DNA of 64,000 nucleotides from Candidatus Scatovivens sp. GTDB lineage: Bacteria; Bacillota; Clostridia; TANB77; CAG-508. The translations under genes were made by a program, and so were the position numbers. The stretch lies in NCBI GenBank assembly GCA_045646345.1, contig JAZRKN010000011.1:32001-96000 (forward strand), read 5' to 3'. Each line of letters opens with the position of its first letter. Positions within the stretch are counted from its first letter, which is position 1. This document shows positions 42,098 through 52,906 of the stretch, piece by piece. The notes under the pieces were generated by a model. It did not search any database and was not told the DNA's origin. It saw nothing but the letters and a program-made list of their open reading frames with translations.

Positions 42098-45000
42098 GTG
42101 GAAGAATTAGAAGTTTTTAATAAGTTAAAAATAGGATTAGCTTCAGATGAGAAAATTAGAGAATGGTCTCATGGAGAAGTTAAAAAACCAGAAACTATTA
42201 ACTACAGAACTTTAAAACCAGAAAAAGATGGTTTATTTTGTGAAAAAATATTTGGTCCAACAAAAGACTGGGAATGTCATTGTGGAAAATATAAAAGAGT
42301 AAGATATAAAGGAATCGTTTGTGATAGATGTGGTGTTGAAGTTACTACAGCCAAAGTAAGAAGAGAAAGAATGGGACACATTGAACTTGCTGCTCCAATC
42401 GCTCATATTTGGTATTTCAAAGGAATTCCAAGTAGAATTGGTTTATTACTTGATATCTCTCCAAGAAGTTTAGAGAAAGTTATATACTTTGCGTCTTATA
42501 TCGTTACAGATAAAGGAACTTCAGGATTATTAAAATGTCAAGTATTAACAGAAAAAGAATACGTTGAAGCTGAAGAAAAATATGGAAAAGGATCTTTCAA
42601 AGCTGAAATGGGTGCTGAAGCTATAAAAAAATTATTAGCTGAATTAGATATCGAAAAATTATCAGCACAATTAAAGAAAGAACTTGCTAAAGCAAGTGAA
42701 CAAAAAAGAGCAAAAATCATTAAAAGATTAGATACAGTTGAATCATTCAGAGTTTCTGAAAACAAACCTGAATGGATGGTAATGAATGTAGTACCAGTAA
42801 TTCCACCAGAATTAAGACCAATGGTTCAATTAGATGGTGGTAGATTTGCTACATCTGACTTAAATGATTTATATAGAAGAGTTATTAACAGAAATAACAG
42901 ATTAAAAAGATTATTAGAACTTGGAGCACCAGAAATAATCGTTAGAAACGAAAAAAGAATGCTTCAAGAATCAGTAGATGCTTTAATAGATAATGGAAGA
43001 AGAGGAAGACCAGTAACAGGTGCTGGAAATAGACCTTTAAAATCATTATCAGATATGCTTAAAGGAAAACAAGGTAGATTCCGTCAAAACCTTTTAGGTA
43101 AGAGGGTTGACTACTCTGGACGTTCAGTTATCGTTGTTGGTCCAGAATTAAAAATTTATCAATGTGGTCTTCCAAAAGAAATGGCTGTTGAGTTATTCAA
43201 ACCATTTGTTATGAAAGAATTAGTTGGTAGAGGAATTGCTCATAACATAAAAAATGCTAAAAGAATGGTTGAAAAATTAAGACCAGAAGTATGGGATACC
43301 TTAGAAGAAGTTATTCAAGATCACCCAGTAATGTTAAACCGTGCGCCTACTCTTCACAGATTAGGTATTCAAGCATTCCAACCAATCCTTGTTGAAGGTA
43401 GAGCTATTAAACTTCACCCATTAGTTTGTACAGCGTTCAACGCTGACTTCGACGGTGACCAAATGGCTGTTCACGTTCCTTTAACACCAGAAGCAATTGC
43501 AGAAGCTAGATACTTAATGTTATCTACAAACAACCTTTTAAAACCTCAAGATGGTAAACCAGTTACAGTACCTACACAAGATATGATTCTTGGTGCTTAC
43601 TATTTAACACTTGAAACAGAAGGTGAAAAAGGTGAAGGTATGTACTTCAAAGATGAAGATGAAGCTATGATGGCTTATCAAAATGGAGATGTTGGATTAC
43701 ATGCTAGAATTAAAGTAAGAAGATTTAAAACAGACGAAGATGGAACAGTTAGATCTAAAACAATTTCAACAACTGTTGGTAGATTAATTTATAACCAAGG
43801 AATTCCTCAAGATTTAGGTTTTGTTGATAGAACAGATCCAGAAAAAGAATTCGATTTAGAAATTGATTTCCCAGTTATTAAAAAGAATTTAGGAAAAATT
43901 GTTGCAAACTGCATAAATGTTCATGGATTATCAAAAACAGCTGAAGTTTTAGACTATATTAAAGCTACAGGATATAAATTCTCAACAAAAGGTGCTATCA
44001 CAGTATCTGTTGCTGACGTTGCAGTTCCAGAAGCTAAAAAAGATATTTTAGCTAAAGCTGACGAAGATGTATCTCATGTATTTAGACAATATCAACGTGG
44101 TATGATTACTAACGACGAAAGATATGATGCTATTATTAAAATTTGGGAAAAAGCTACATCAGATGTTACAGAAGCAATGAAAACTAACTTTGATGAATTA
44201 AACCCAATATACATGATGGCTCAATCTGGTGCCCGTGGTAATATGAACCAATTAAGACAAATTGCTGGTATGCGTGGTCTTATGGCTAACACATCTGGTA
44301 AAGCAGTTGAAATTCCAGTTAAATCTTGTTTCCGTGAAGGTCTAGATGCTCTAGAATACTTCATTTCAGCACACGGTGCTAGAAAAGGTTTAACAGATAC
44401 AGCTTTAAGAACAGCTGACTCTGGATATTTAACAAGAAGATTAGTTGACGTTTCTCAAGATATTATAATTAGAGAACCTGATTGTGGATCTACAAGAGGA
44501 ATTGTTTTAGAAGATATTAAAGATGGAAACCAAATAATCGAACCATTAGAAGAAAGATTAGTTGGTAGATATGTTATAGAAGATGTTGTAAATCCAGAAA
44601 CAAAAGAAGTAATCGTTAATCCAGAAACAATGATTACAGACAAAATAGCTAAAGCTATTGTAAAAGCTGGAATTACACAAGTAACAGTTAGATCTATCTT
44701 AGAATGTAGAGCAAGACATGGAGCTTGTGCTAAATGCTATGGTATGGGATTAGCTACAAGAGAAATAGTAAACGAAGGAGAATCAGTAGGTATTATTGCA
44801 GCACAATCAATTGGTGAGCCTGGTACACAGCTTACAATGAGAACATTCCACACAGGTGGTGTTGCTGGAGGAGATATCACACAAGGTCTTCCAAGGGTTG
44901 AAGAGTTATTTGAAGCTAGAAATCCAAAAGGTTTAGCTATAATCACTGAAATTGACGGTACAGTTAAAATCAATGATGAGAAGAAGAGAAAAGAAGTTAT

Positions 45001-45646
45001 TGTTACAAGCAAAGACAATAGCAAAACATATACAATTAGCTTTGGTTCTAAAATTAAAGTTAAAGATGGTGATGTATTAAAAGCCGGAGATCCAATTACA
45101 GAAGGATCTATCAACCCAGCTGATTTATTAGCTGTTAAAGGTGTTGAAGGTGTTTACACATATATCATTTCAGAAGTTCAAAAAGTTTATAGAAACCAAG
45201 GTGTTGATATCAATGACAAACACATTGAAGTAATTGCAAGACAAATGCTTAAAAAAGTTAGAATTGAAGATCCAGGAGATTCAGAATTCTATACAGCTTC
45301 ATTAGTTGACTTATTAGAAGTTGAATACAGAAATGAAGAATTAGTTGCTCAAGGTAAAAAACCAGCAACATTTAGAAGAGTATTACTTGGAATTACAAAA
45401 GCTTCTCTTGCTACAGAAAGTTTCTTATCTGCTGCATCATTCCAAGAAACAACAAAAGTATTAACAGAAGCAGCTATTAAAGGAAAAGTAGATAATTTAA
45501 TGGGATTAAAAGAAAATGTTATTATTGGTAAATTAATTCCTACAGGAACAGGATTAAAACGTTACCAAAACATTAGAATTAATACAGAAAAAAAATCTAC
45601 AGTAGAAGATGAAGTTGCAGAAGAAGTTGAAGCAACAGAAGAATAA
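42098..45646 (+). CDS. rpoC: RNA polymerase beta' subunit
   Basis: GTG start; zinc-binding CHCGKY...CDRC; catalytic NADFDGD; [13 protein letters not shown]. Confidence 0.99.
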   Translation: MEELEVFNKLKIGLASDEKIREWSHGEVKKPETINYRTLKPEKDGLFCEKIFGPTKDWECHCGKYKRVRYKGIVCDRCGVEVTTAKVRRERMGHIELAAPIAHIWYFKGIPSRIGLLLDISPRSLEKVIYFASYIVTDKGTSGLLKCQVLTEKEYVEAEEKYGKGSFKAEMGAEAIKKLLAELDIEKLSAQLKKELAKASEQKRAKIIKRLDTVESFRVSENKPEWMVMNVVPVIPPELRPMVQLDGGRFATSDLNDLYRRVINRNNRLKRLLELGAPEIIVRNEKRMLQESVDALIDNGRRGRPVTGAGNRPLKSLSDMLKGKQGRFRQNLLGKRVDYSGRSVIVVGPELKIYQCGLPKEMAVELFKPFVMKELVGRGIAHNIKNAKRMVEKLRPEVWDTLEEVIQDHPVMLNRAPTLHRLGIQAFQPILVEGRAIKLHPLVCTAFNADFDGDQMAVHVPLTPEAIAEARYLMLSTNNLLKPQDGKPVTVPTQDMILGAYYLTLETEGEKGEGMYFKDEDEAMMAYQNGDVGLHARIKVRRFKTDEDGTVRSKTISTTVGRLIYNQGIPQDLGFVDRTDPEKEFDLEIDFPVIKKNLGKIVANCINVHGLSKTAEVLDYIKATGYKFSTKGAITVSVADVAVPEAKKDILAKADEDVSHVFRQYQRGMITNDERYDAIIKIWEKATSDVTEAMKTNFDELNPIYMMAQSGARGNMNQLRQIAGMRGLMANTSGKAVEIPVKSCFREGLDALEYFISAHGARKGLTDTALRTADSGYLTRRLVDVSQDIIIREPDCGSTRGIVLEDIKDGNQIIEPLEERLVGRYVIEDVVNPETKEVIVNPETMITDKIAKAIVKAGITQVTVRSILECRARHGACAKCYGMGLATREIVNEGESVGIIAAQSIGEPGTQLTMRTFHTGGVAGGDITQGLPRVEELFEARNPKGLAIITEIDGTVKINDEKKRKEVIVTSKDNSKTYTISFGSKIKVKDGDVLKAGDPITEGSINPADLLAVKGVEGVYTYIISEVQKVYRNQGVDINDKHIEVIARQMLKKVRIEDPGDSEFYTASLVDLLEVEYRNEELVAQGKKPATFRRVLLGITKASLATESFLSAASFQETTKVLTEAAIKGKVDNLMGLKENVIIGKLIPTGTGLKRYQNIRINTEKKSTVEDEVAEEVEATEE

Positions 45647-45653
45647 TACAAAT

Positions 45654-45688
45654 AAAAGAGTGAAGACAGATTGTTTTCACTCTTTTTT
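45654..45688 (+). terminator. rpoC terminator
   Basis: aaaagagtgaagaca-gat-tgttttcactctttttt. Confidence 0.85.
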
Positions 45689-45743
45689 GCGTTTTAAATA
45701 TAAAAAAAGGCGTAAAATAAAGCAAAAACAAGGGTTTACATAA

Positions 45744-45772
45744 TTGACACGGGTTGATTAGTGTGCTATAAT
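45744..45772 (+). promoter_or_regulatory. SigA consensus promoter
   Basis: TTGACA-17bp-TATAAT with TG extended -10. Confidence 0.8.
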
Positions 45773-45833
45773 AGATGTGTTAACTAATTGTTAACGTTGC
45801 AAGTGTTTCACATTCTCAGCAAGGGGGTTCTAT

Positions 45834-46886
45834 ATGATTACTGAAAAACGAGCATTACTACTGTCTTCCAGCAAACACATTTTGGAGTTCGTTAAGAACT
45901 TCGAGGCAATCAAGGTTATCGACTCTGTGAAGGAGATCGAGGATACCTGGCGCAAAAACAAAACGCCTATCTGCTTGAATTCTGTTTTTGAAGCAGAGCA
46001 GATGAATCTGCCGGAAGGTATTGATATTATTTTGTGGGTAGGGGAGGAATTTTTGTACGATCCTGAAAACTTTACGAGATTCTGCTACGAAAATGGTTTC
46101 GAATGCGGAGAATTTCGTACTGGCAAGGTCTACAATACCCACAAGGAGCGCTGCTTCCTGTGCGAGCTGGCACACCTGAAAGGTATGCCTAATTCCCTGG
46201 CTTATTACAACGAACATGTCGAAAAACCTGTGGATTGCATTATCTACGAGAGTCGGCTGTTTTATGTTGTATCAGAGTTGGGGGCAATTAAGCCTGGCTA
46301 TCTGATGATTGTGCCAAAGCAGCATATCTTATCTGTCGCACAGTTCCCTGAAGGATTTATGTCTGAGTATCATCAAGTTTGTGCTGATGTTGAGACAATC
46401 CTTAAAGGTGCGTACGGCAAAGATAAGGTTGTCGTGTTCTTTGAACACGGTTCTGGTCCTAGCGGAATGACATCTCATCCTAAGTCTATTGTACATGCTC
46501 ATACGCATGTTGTAGTAGATTTTCAGATTGAACCGAAGTATTTGGAACAGGTTCAGATGAAAAAGGTCGATAATATTTCCGTGGCCAAAAATGATCACTA
46601 TTTTTCTTACCAGGAATCTTCTGTCGGAGAACTGCTTGTATGTATGGACCCTGAAGTATACGTACAGCGTCAGTATCCGAGACAGATTATGGCAAAGGAA
46701 TATGGATTGGCGCCGGGACAGTATAACTGGCGTAACGTAGCGTTTTCCGAAAATGTCGATGCTCAGCTGTATAACATTTTTAGATATCTGACGTCTGAAG
46801 AGGAAACTATCAATGAGAGAATTCTTGACAGAACTGAAGGTTTCGTAACTGGTTATGCAGCAAGAGATGACTTTCCAAGTGTGTAA
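45834..46886 (+). CDS. HIT-superfamily (Cwf19/CwfJ-like) nucleotide hydrolase with extra N-terminal domain; atypical codon usage
   Basis: CFLC; GYLMIVPKQH; VVFFEHG; HAHTH triad; RQYPRQIMA...YNWR; frequent CTG, CGT, AAG and GAG codons unlike the neighbours. Confidence 0.75.
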   Translation: MITEKRALLLSSSKHILEFVKNFEAIKVIDSVKEIEDTWRKNKTPICLNSVFEAEQMNLPEGIDIILWVGEEFLYDPENFTRFCYENGFECGEFRTGKVYNTHKERCFLCELAHLKGMPNSLAYYNEHVEKPVDCIIYESRLFYVVSELGAIKPGYLMIVPKQHILSVAQFPEGFMSEYHQVCADVETILKGAYGKDKVVVFFEHGSGPSGMTSHPKSIVHAHTHVVVDFQIEPKYLEQVQMKKVDNISVAKNDHYFSYQESSVGELLVCMDPEVYVQRQYPRQIMAKEYGLAPGQYNWRNVAFSENVDAQLYNIFRYLTSEEETINERILDRTEGFVTGYAARDDFPSV

Positions 46887-46908
46887 GTAATGTAGGCAAC
46901 TAATGACC

Positions 46909-46942
46909 GGCCACCCAAGAATTGGGTGGCTGAAGCCATTTT
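46909..46942 (+). terminator. GC-rich hairpin terminator
   Basis: gccacccaa-gaa-ttgggtggc followed by a short T run. Confidence 0.6.
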
Positions 46943-47038
46943 TAAAGGAATTTGTTAGAGTATATTTATTGCAAAGATACTCTATTTATTATATAATACA
47001 AAAGGATTTAAAATAATATTTGCAAAGGAGCAAAATAT

Positions 47039-48193
47039 ATGAAAGATGAAATAAAATTACCAAATTATGAACATTGTATATTAAATACAATAACATCAGT
47101 ATTAAAATATTATAATGTTGAAACAAATCACAAATCATTAGAGGTTTTAGATAAAAAATTAGAAAAAAAATATAAAAATATAATCTTTTTAGTGTTAGAT
47201 GGTATGGGAGAACATATATTAAATAAATTATCTCCAGATGGATTCTTTTCAAGCAAAAAAGCTGATTGTGTAACATCTGTATATCCATCAACAACAACTG
47301 CAGCATTAACAACATATTATGCAGGAAAACCACCATATGAAACAGGATGGATTGCATGGTCTCAATATTTTAAAGAATATGGAAGAGCATTAGATATGCT
47401 ATCTCACAAAGAATCTTATTATAGAGAATCATTAAGAAAACCAAATTTAGATGTATTTGCAAAAGTAGTAAATTATGAAACAATCTTTGAAAGAATTGAA
47501 AAAGCATCACCAAATGTTAAAGCATATGAATTAGTTCCTTCATACTCAGATAAAAGATCAAAAAGAACTTACAGAGCAGATACTTTAGATGAAATAATAG
47601 ATGCAATTCATGACTTGACAAATTCAACTGGAGAAAGATTTATCTTTGGATATTGCGATAATCCAGATGCAACACTTCATAAATTTGGAGCATATTCAGA
47701 TGAGGCAAAAGAGTTTATTTTATCTGCAGAAGAAAAAATACAAAAAATGTGTGAAGAATTATCAGAGGATACATTAGTAATTATTTCAGCAGATCATGGA
47801 CATAAAGATATAGAAAAAGCATATACATTATTAGATTATCCAGAAATATTAGATTGTTTAATTATGCCAGCATCATTAGAATCTAGAGTTGTTGGATTCT
47901 GGGTAAAAGAAGAAATGAGAGAAGAATTTGTAGAAAGATTTAATAATGTTTTTGGTGAAGAATTCTGGTTAATGACAAGAGAAGAATTTTTAGAAAAGAA
48001 CTTTTTAGGTTTCGGAGAAAAGCATAAAAAGATTGATGAATTTATTGGAAATTATATTGCACTTTCAACTGGTGGAAGTATTATTAGATTAGAAACATTT
48101 TTAGTAGAAGGGAAACCAGTGAAAAAATCAACACACTGTGGTTTATCTAAAGAAGAAATGGAAGTACCAGTACTTATAATTTCAAAAGACTAA
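47039..48193 (+). CDS. Alkaline phosphatase superfamily, type I phosphodiesterase / nucleotide pyrophosphatase
   Basis: FLVLDGMG, TSVYPSTT nucleophile motif, PDATLHKFG, ISADHGH, THCG; no signal peptide. Confidence 0.85.
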   Translation: MKDEIKLPNYEHCILNTITSVLKYYNVETNHKSLEVLDKKLEKKYKNIIFLVLDGMGEHILNKLSPDGFFSSKKADCVTSVYPSTTTAALTTYYAGKPPYETGWIAWSQYFKEYGRALDMLSHKESYYRESLRKPNLDVFAKVVNYETIFERIEKASPNVKAYELVPSYSDKRSKRTYRADTLDEIIDAIHDLTNSTGERFIFGYCDNPDATLHKFGAYSDEAKEFILSAEEKIQKMCEELSEDTLVIISADHGHKDIEKAYTLLDYPEILDCLIMPASLESRVVGFWVKEEMREEFVERFNNVFGEEFWLMTREEFLEKNFLGFGEKHKKIDEFIGNYIALSTGGSIIRLETFLVEGKPVKKSTHCGLSKEEMEVPVLIISKD

Positions 48194-48289
48194 GGTGATT
48201 AGAAAGTATAAGTATTGATTAAAGAAAAGTGATAGTATATAATTAAAAATATTATAAAACAATTAAATTTAATACAAGGAGATATTCAA

Positions 48290-48925
48290 ATGAAAAGTAA
48301 AAAAGCATTAATGATATCAATAATAGTTTTCGTGGTAGTTGCAATATTAGCACTATATTTAGTATTAAATAAAGGTCACATTGGAAATTTTAATTTAGTA
48401 TCATTAGAAGATGATGCAGAACAAATATTACCTAAATTAGAAATAAGTTTGGATAAACAATATATATCATCAAAAGATAGTAGTGATGTTGCTAAAATTA
48501 CAGCAACTATTGATGGAGAAAATGCAACAGAAAATGTAAAATATGAAGTATCAGATAGTAAAATTGTTGCAATAAACGAAAACAATGAAATAGTTCCGTT
48601 AAAAGATGGAAAAGTTGTTGTAAAAGGTACATATGATGGTATTGAGGCTGAAGCAAAAATCGAAGTAATAACACCAATAAAAACAATGTCTTTTACATCT
48701 ACAAACAGTACAATAAGAGTAGGTAAAGATTTACAATTAAAGCTAAAAGTAACACCATCAGATGCATCAATGTCAACACTAAAATACACAACTAGTGATG
48801 ATTCGATAGCAACTGTTAGTCCAAATGGTATAGTAACAGGAATTGCTCCTGGAAAAGTAACTATAACATTATTAGATGTATATACAGGGGTAGAAAAAAA
48901 GGTTAATTTAACAATAAAAAAATAG
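48290..48925 (+). CDS. Membrane-anchored protein with two Big_2 Ig-like domains
   Basis: N-terminal TM; YEVSDSKIVAI; YTTSDDSIATVSPNGIVTGIAPGKVTIT. Confidence 0.8.
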   Translation: MKSKKALMISIIVFVVVAILALYLVLNKGHIGNFNLVSLEDDAEQILPKLEISLDKQYISSKDSSDVAKITATIDGENATENVKYEVSDSKIVAINENNEIVPLKDGKVVVKGTYDGIEAEAKIEVITPIKTMSFTSTNSTIRVGKDLQLKLKVTPSDASMSTLKYTTSDDSIATVSPNGIVTGIAPGKVTITLLDVYTGVEKKVNLTIKK

Positions 48926-48935
48926 GTTTGGAAAT

Positions 48936-48962
48936 GACTCTAGAAATAGAGTCTTTTTTTTA
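48936..48962 (+). terminator. Intrinsic terminator
   Basis: gactcta-gaaa-tagagtc followed by a T run. Confidence 0.8.
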
Positions 48963-49084
48963 TAAAAAACTGATTTTACAAAAAGAATTATATGTTTACA
49001 TTTGTCTAAAGTATAAGTGGGGCTTTGCTTTACAGAAAAACGAAAATATGATATGATATTATAGGTAAAATTAGGAGTGATTTA

Positions 49085-50614
49085 ATGAGAAAAAGTATTT
49101 TTGATAAATTAGGAATTGATTTAAATTCATTAACAAAAGAAGAAAAAGGCTTTTTTAGAGGTTTTATAAATGAATATGGTAAAAATGTATATAAATACAA
49201 CAATCCAGTAACACAAAATTATTTCAACAATTTAATTGCTGCAATAATGCTTGAGTTTAATGGGGCATTTGAAAACTCTGATATAAGGACTTTATATAGA
49301 ATTAAATCTGCTAAAAGTGTAATAGATAAAATGCTTGAGTATTTTGGGAGAGATGATAAATTTATCTTAGAAGAAAATAATTTTGGAGAATTACAAAGGA
49401 GTTTAAAAGAAGATTTAAAAGATATGTTTGCTATGACAATAGTTGGTTGTAGTAGACCACCAATTTTATATTCAGATAATCCAGAAATTCAAGCTTTAAT
49501 AAAAGAACAAAATACAAATCATAGTATTTTAGCTGAAATGCAAAAATATAAATGTAGATTAACTGGTTCAGAATTTTCAAGTGGGAAAAAAAGCAGTTAT
49601 AAATTTGAAGGCAATAGAGACTTTGAAAGACTTTCAAAAGAAGAATACTATGTATATTGTATGAGTTTAATTGAAAGAATAAAATCATTGATAGATCCAA
49701 ACGCTAAAAAGTTACTAAAAAAATATGATGATATGTTAGATAGAATTAGAGAAAAAGTACCTGATTCTTTTACAAGTATTGCAGAACCATTTATTTTTGA
49801 AGATTCTATAGCTTATCCAAGAACAACATTTGATAAAAAACAAATTGTTTCTCAAATATCATCAAGCCGTATTTTAAAAATGGGAGATGACGCAAGAGAA
49901 CTAACAGAAATGAAACAGCCAATAAGTAAAGATGATGTAGAAGTAGTAGATTTTTTAGATTTAATTGATGATTTTTCGGCTAGGATTAATGACAAATTGG
50001 ATTTGCTAGTTCTTAGAAAACAAGTTGAAGCAACATTTGAAAATTCTGAATTATTAAAAAAATTTGGAGTAAGAATAAGTCCAAATAGTTTAAAGCAAAA
50101 AAGAACAGAAGATGGGTATGTTGCAGATTTTATATATATAGAAACACCTTTTGGAATAATTGAATTACAACTTCAAACGCAACATGAAAATCAAGAGGGA
50201 AGTTATGGATATGCTGCTCATGGTGATATGGAAGGTAAGAATTTAAAAGAATTTGATATTCCGGATTTAGAGAATGAAGCAGAACTAAAAGATTTTAGAA
50301 CTTGTGTAGAATTTGTTTCTGCCAAGAAATACATTGCTCAATTTGATAATGCTGAAAAAGCTCGTGTATTTATACAAGTTTTAGGTAAATATCAAAACTA
50401 TAAATCAATTATGACACAAGTTAAATCTGGATCTGAAGATGATAAAAGATTAACAGAATATTTTGCAAAACTATATAAATCAAGAAATGAGATATTCCCA
50501 GGAGAGGCAGAACAAGAAAGAATGGAATCTTTTATTTATTACGATATAGAAGAATATATGCAAAGTAAAGAATTTAAAAATATAGTAAATAGACAAAAAG
50601 AACAAGAGTTATAA
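49085..50614 (+). CDS. Divergent RelA/SpoT-type nucleotidyltransferase (synthetase domain only) with a large insertion
   Basis: RIKSAKSVIDK (aa72), DMFAMTIV (aa113), DGYVADF (aa343), IELQLQT (aa359), YGYAAH, in canonical order. Confidence 0.65.
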   Translation: MRKSIFDKLGIDLNSLTKEEKGFFRGFINEYGKNVYKYNNPVTQNYFNNLIAAIMLEFNGAFENSDIRTLYRIKSAKSVIDKMLEYFGRDDKFILEENNFGELQRSLKEDLKDMFAMTIVGCSRPPILYSDNPEIQALIKEQNTNHSILAEMQKYKCRLTGSEFSSGKKSSYKFEGNRDFERLSKEEYYVYCMSLIERIKSLIDPNAKKLLKKYDDMLDRIREKVPDSFTSIAEPFIFEDSIAYPRTTFDKKQIVSQISSSRILKMGDDARELTEMKQPISKDDVEVVDFLDLIDDFSARINDKLDLLVLRKQVEATFENSELLKKFGVRISPNSLKQKRTEDGYVADFIYIETPFGIIELQLQTQHENQEGSYGYAAHGDMEGKNLKEFDIPDLENEAELKDFRTCVEFVSAKKYIAQFDNAEKARVFIQVLGKYQNYKSIMTQVKSGSEDDKRLTEYFAKLYKSRNEIFPGEAEQERMESFIYYDIEEYMQSKEFKNIVNRQKEQEL

Positions 50615-50626
50615 ATACTTAGAAAT

Positions 50627-50655
50627 TTGACAATAACTAGGTTTAGTAGTATAAT
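50627..50655 (+). promoter_or_regulatory. SigA consensus promoter of gdpP
   Basis: TTGACA-17bp-TATAAT. Confidence 0.75.
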
Positions 50656-50693
50656 TAAACTTGTAGTGATTTTATGTAAAGTAAGGAGAATTT

Positions 50694-52703
50694 ATGCCAA
50701 CCTCGAATAGTAAAATATTAGATAGGCTGACGAGTAAGAACATAATCTATATAATAATAATAGGTTTTTTGAGTATATCATTATGTTTGTATGATTTAAG
50801 ATGGATTATACCTTCAATATTCATATATATAGCAACAATAATATATACAATGTGGGTTTCTGGTAAGAAGAAGACTGAAATAGAAAACCATATTAAAGCT
50901 GTAACATCAGATGTTGATACAGCATCAAAAGGAAACCTTATTAATACTCCAATACCGCTTGTATTAATAGAAACAAATGGTAATATTATTTGGAGAAGTA
51001 AAAAATTCGTAACAGAATTTCAAAATATAGATATTGGAACTTATTTAAATCCAATAGTAAAAGAAATTAAGTTAGATATTGAGAAAAACGACGAACCAGT
51101 AGAGATATCAAAACAATTTAACATCGACAAAAAAATCTATAGAATTCGTGGAAGTGTTGTAAAAGCTAAGAAAAGAGATAAGAAAAAACAAAAAGAATAT
51201 ATTCTATCATTATATTTTATAAATGAAACAAAATATAATGAATTATTTGACCAATATAATAATTCAAAACCTTGTATAGGTATTGCAATGATTGATAACT
51301 ATGAAGATATCATTCAAAGAATTTTACCAGAAAAGAAAATTGAATTATTAGCCAAAATCGAAAAAGAAATAATCGATTGGGTAACAAGTACAGGTGGTTT
51401 AATAATAAAAACAGAAAGAGATACTTTCATCTATGTTTTTGAACAACAATATTTAGCTGAATTTGAAAAAGAAAAATTTAATATATTAGACAGAGTAAAA
51501 AATATAGATATTGATGACAAGATTCAAATAACATTAAGTATAGCAATCTCTACTGAAGGAAATAGCAATTATGAAAAATATAAATTAGCATTAGCTGCAA
51601 TGGAAATTGTACTAGGTAGAGGTGGAGATCAAGCTGTTGTTAGAAAAGATGGAAAATATAAATTCTATGGTGGAAAAACTTTAGAAGTTGAAAAAAGAAC
51701 TAAAGTTAAAGCAAGAACTATTTCACAATCAATTTCTAGAATTATCGAAGAATCTGATAATGTTGTAATTATGGGTCATAGAAATATAGATATAGATGCA
51801 TTTGGTGCAGCATTAGGATTATATAGATTGTCAAAAACATATGGAAAAGATTGCTTTATAGCGTCTGAACCTACAGGTAAATCTTTAGGTAAGTTTTTAG
51901 ATAAATTGAAATCTGAAGATGAATATAAAGATGTTATTTTAAATGAAGATGAGGCAATTGAAATTATTAGTAAGAATACATTATTAATAATAGTAGATAC
52001 TCATAAAACTTCATATGTAGAATTTCCAGAATTATTAAATAAAATTGATAGAAAAATTATAATAGATCATCATAGAAAAGCTCCTGACTGTATTGAGAAT
52101 GTATTAATTTCATTCCATGAAGTTTATGCATCATCTACAGCAGAACTTGTAACTGAAATTATTCAATATTCTAAAGAAGATATAACATTAAACTTAATAG
52201 AAGCTGAAAGTCTATACGGTGGAATTATGGTTGATACAAAAGACTTTACTTTTAAAACAGGTGTAAGAACATTTGAAGCTGCAGCATATTTAAGAAAATA
52301 TGGTGTAGATATAATAAGAGTAAAGAAATGGTTTCAAGCAGACCTTGAAAGCTATAATATGATTGCAAATATAGTTAAAAGCGTAGAAATTCATAATGAC
52401 ACTATTGCTGTTGCAGTATATGAAGAGGAAGATGAAAATGCTAACTTGATTTGTGCTAAAGCGGCAGATGAACTTTTAACAATAAGTGACATAACAGCAT
52501 CTTTTGTAATGGCTAAGATGGGAGAAAAAGTTTGTATCAGTGGACGTTCAATAGGAGATATAAATGTACAACTTATATTAGAAAAAATGGGTGGTGGAGG
52601 ACACATCACTTTAGCTGGAGCTCAACTTGAAGGATTTTCTCTTGAAGATGCCAAAGATGAACTTATTATTAGAATTAATGAATATTTATTAGAAATAGAA
52701 TAA
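50694..52703 (+). CDS. gdpP: Cyclic-di-AMP phosphodiesterase GdpP (TM-PAS-degenerate GGDEF-DHH/DHHA1)
   Basis: Two N-terminal TMs; GRGGDQAVV; MGHRNIDIDAFG; IIIDHHR; GGGGH; directly upstream of rplI-dnaB. Confidence 0.93.
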   Translation: MPTSNSKILDRLTSKNIIYIIIIGFLSISLCLYDLRWIIPSIFIYIATIIYTMWVSGKKKTEIENHIKAVTSDVDTASKGNLINTPIPLVLIETNGNIIWRSKKFVTEFQNIDIGTYLNPIVKEIKLDIEKNDEPVEISKQFNIDKKIYRIRGSVVKAKKRDKKKQKEYILSLYFINETKYNELFDQYNNSKPCIGIAMIDNYEDIIQRILPEKKIELLAKIEKEIIDWVTSTGGLIIKTERDTFIYVFEQQYLAEFEKEKFNILDRVKNIDIDDKIQITLSIAISTEGNSNYEKYKLALAAMEIVLGRGGDQAVVRKDGKYKFYGGKTLEVEKRTKVKARTISQSISRIIEESDNVVIMGHRNIDIDAFGAALGLYRLSKTYGKDCFIASEPTGKSLGKFLDKLKSEDEYKDVILNEDEAIEIISKNTLLIIVDTHKTSYVEFPELLNKIDRKIIIDHHRKAPDCIENVLISFHEVYASSTAELVTEIIQYSKEDITLNLIEAESLYGGIMVDTKDFTFKTGVRTFEAAAYLRKYGVDIIRVKKWFQADLESYNMIANIVKSVEIHNDTIAVAVYEEEDENANLICAKAADELLTISDITASFVMAKMGEKVCISGRSIGDINVQLILEKMGGGGHITLAGAQLEGFSLEDAKDELIIRINEYLLEIE

Positions 52704-52708
52704 ATTTT

Positions 52709-52745
52709 AAAAGAGGCAATATTTTTTATTATTGCTTCTTTTTTT
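52709..52745 (+). terminator. Intrinsic terminator
   Basis: aaaagaggcaata...tattgcttctttttttt. Confidence 0.7.
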
Positions 52746-52906
52746 ATAGAAAAAACGATATATAAAAATAATTAGAAGATTAACAGATAAAACTTGATGT
52801 ATAGCTAAATTTTGCTTGAAATTTGGAGTAAAATGTTATACAATACATTAGCGAAATTATAAATAATTATAATTTATAAAATAAATTTCGAAGGGAGATT
52901 TATGGA

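Noticed and set aside
37975-50674. Shared 14-mer ttgtagtgatttta just after the -10 boxes of rpoB and gdpP
   Set aside because: Only two copies, AT-rich, different spacing, and the rpoB copy is part of a hairpin; chance not excluded
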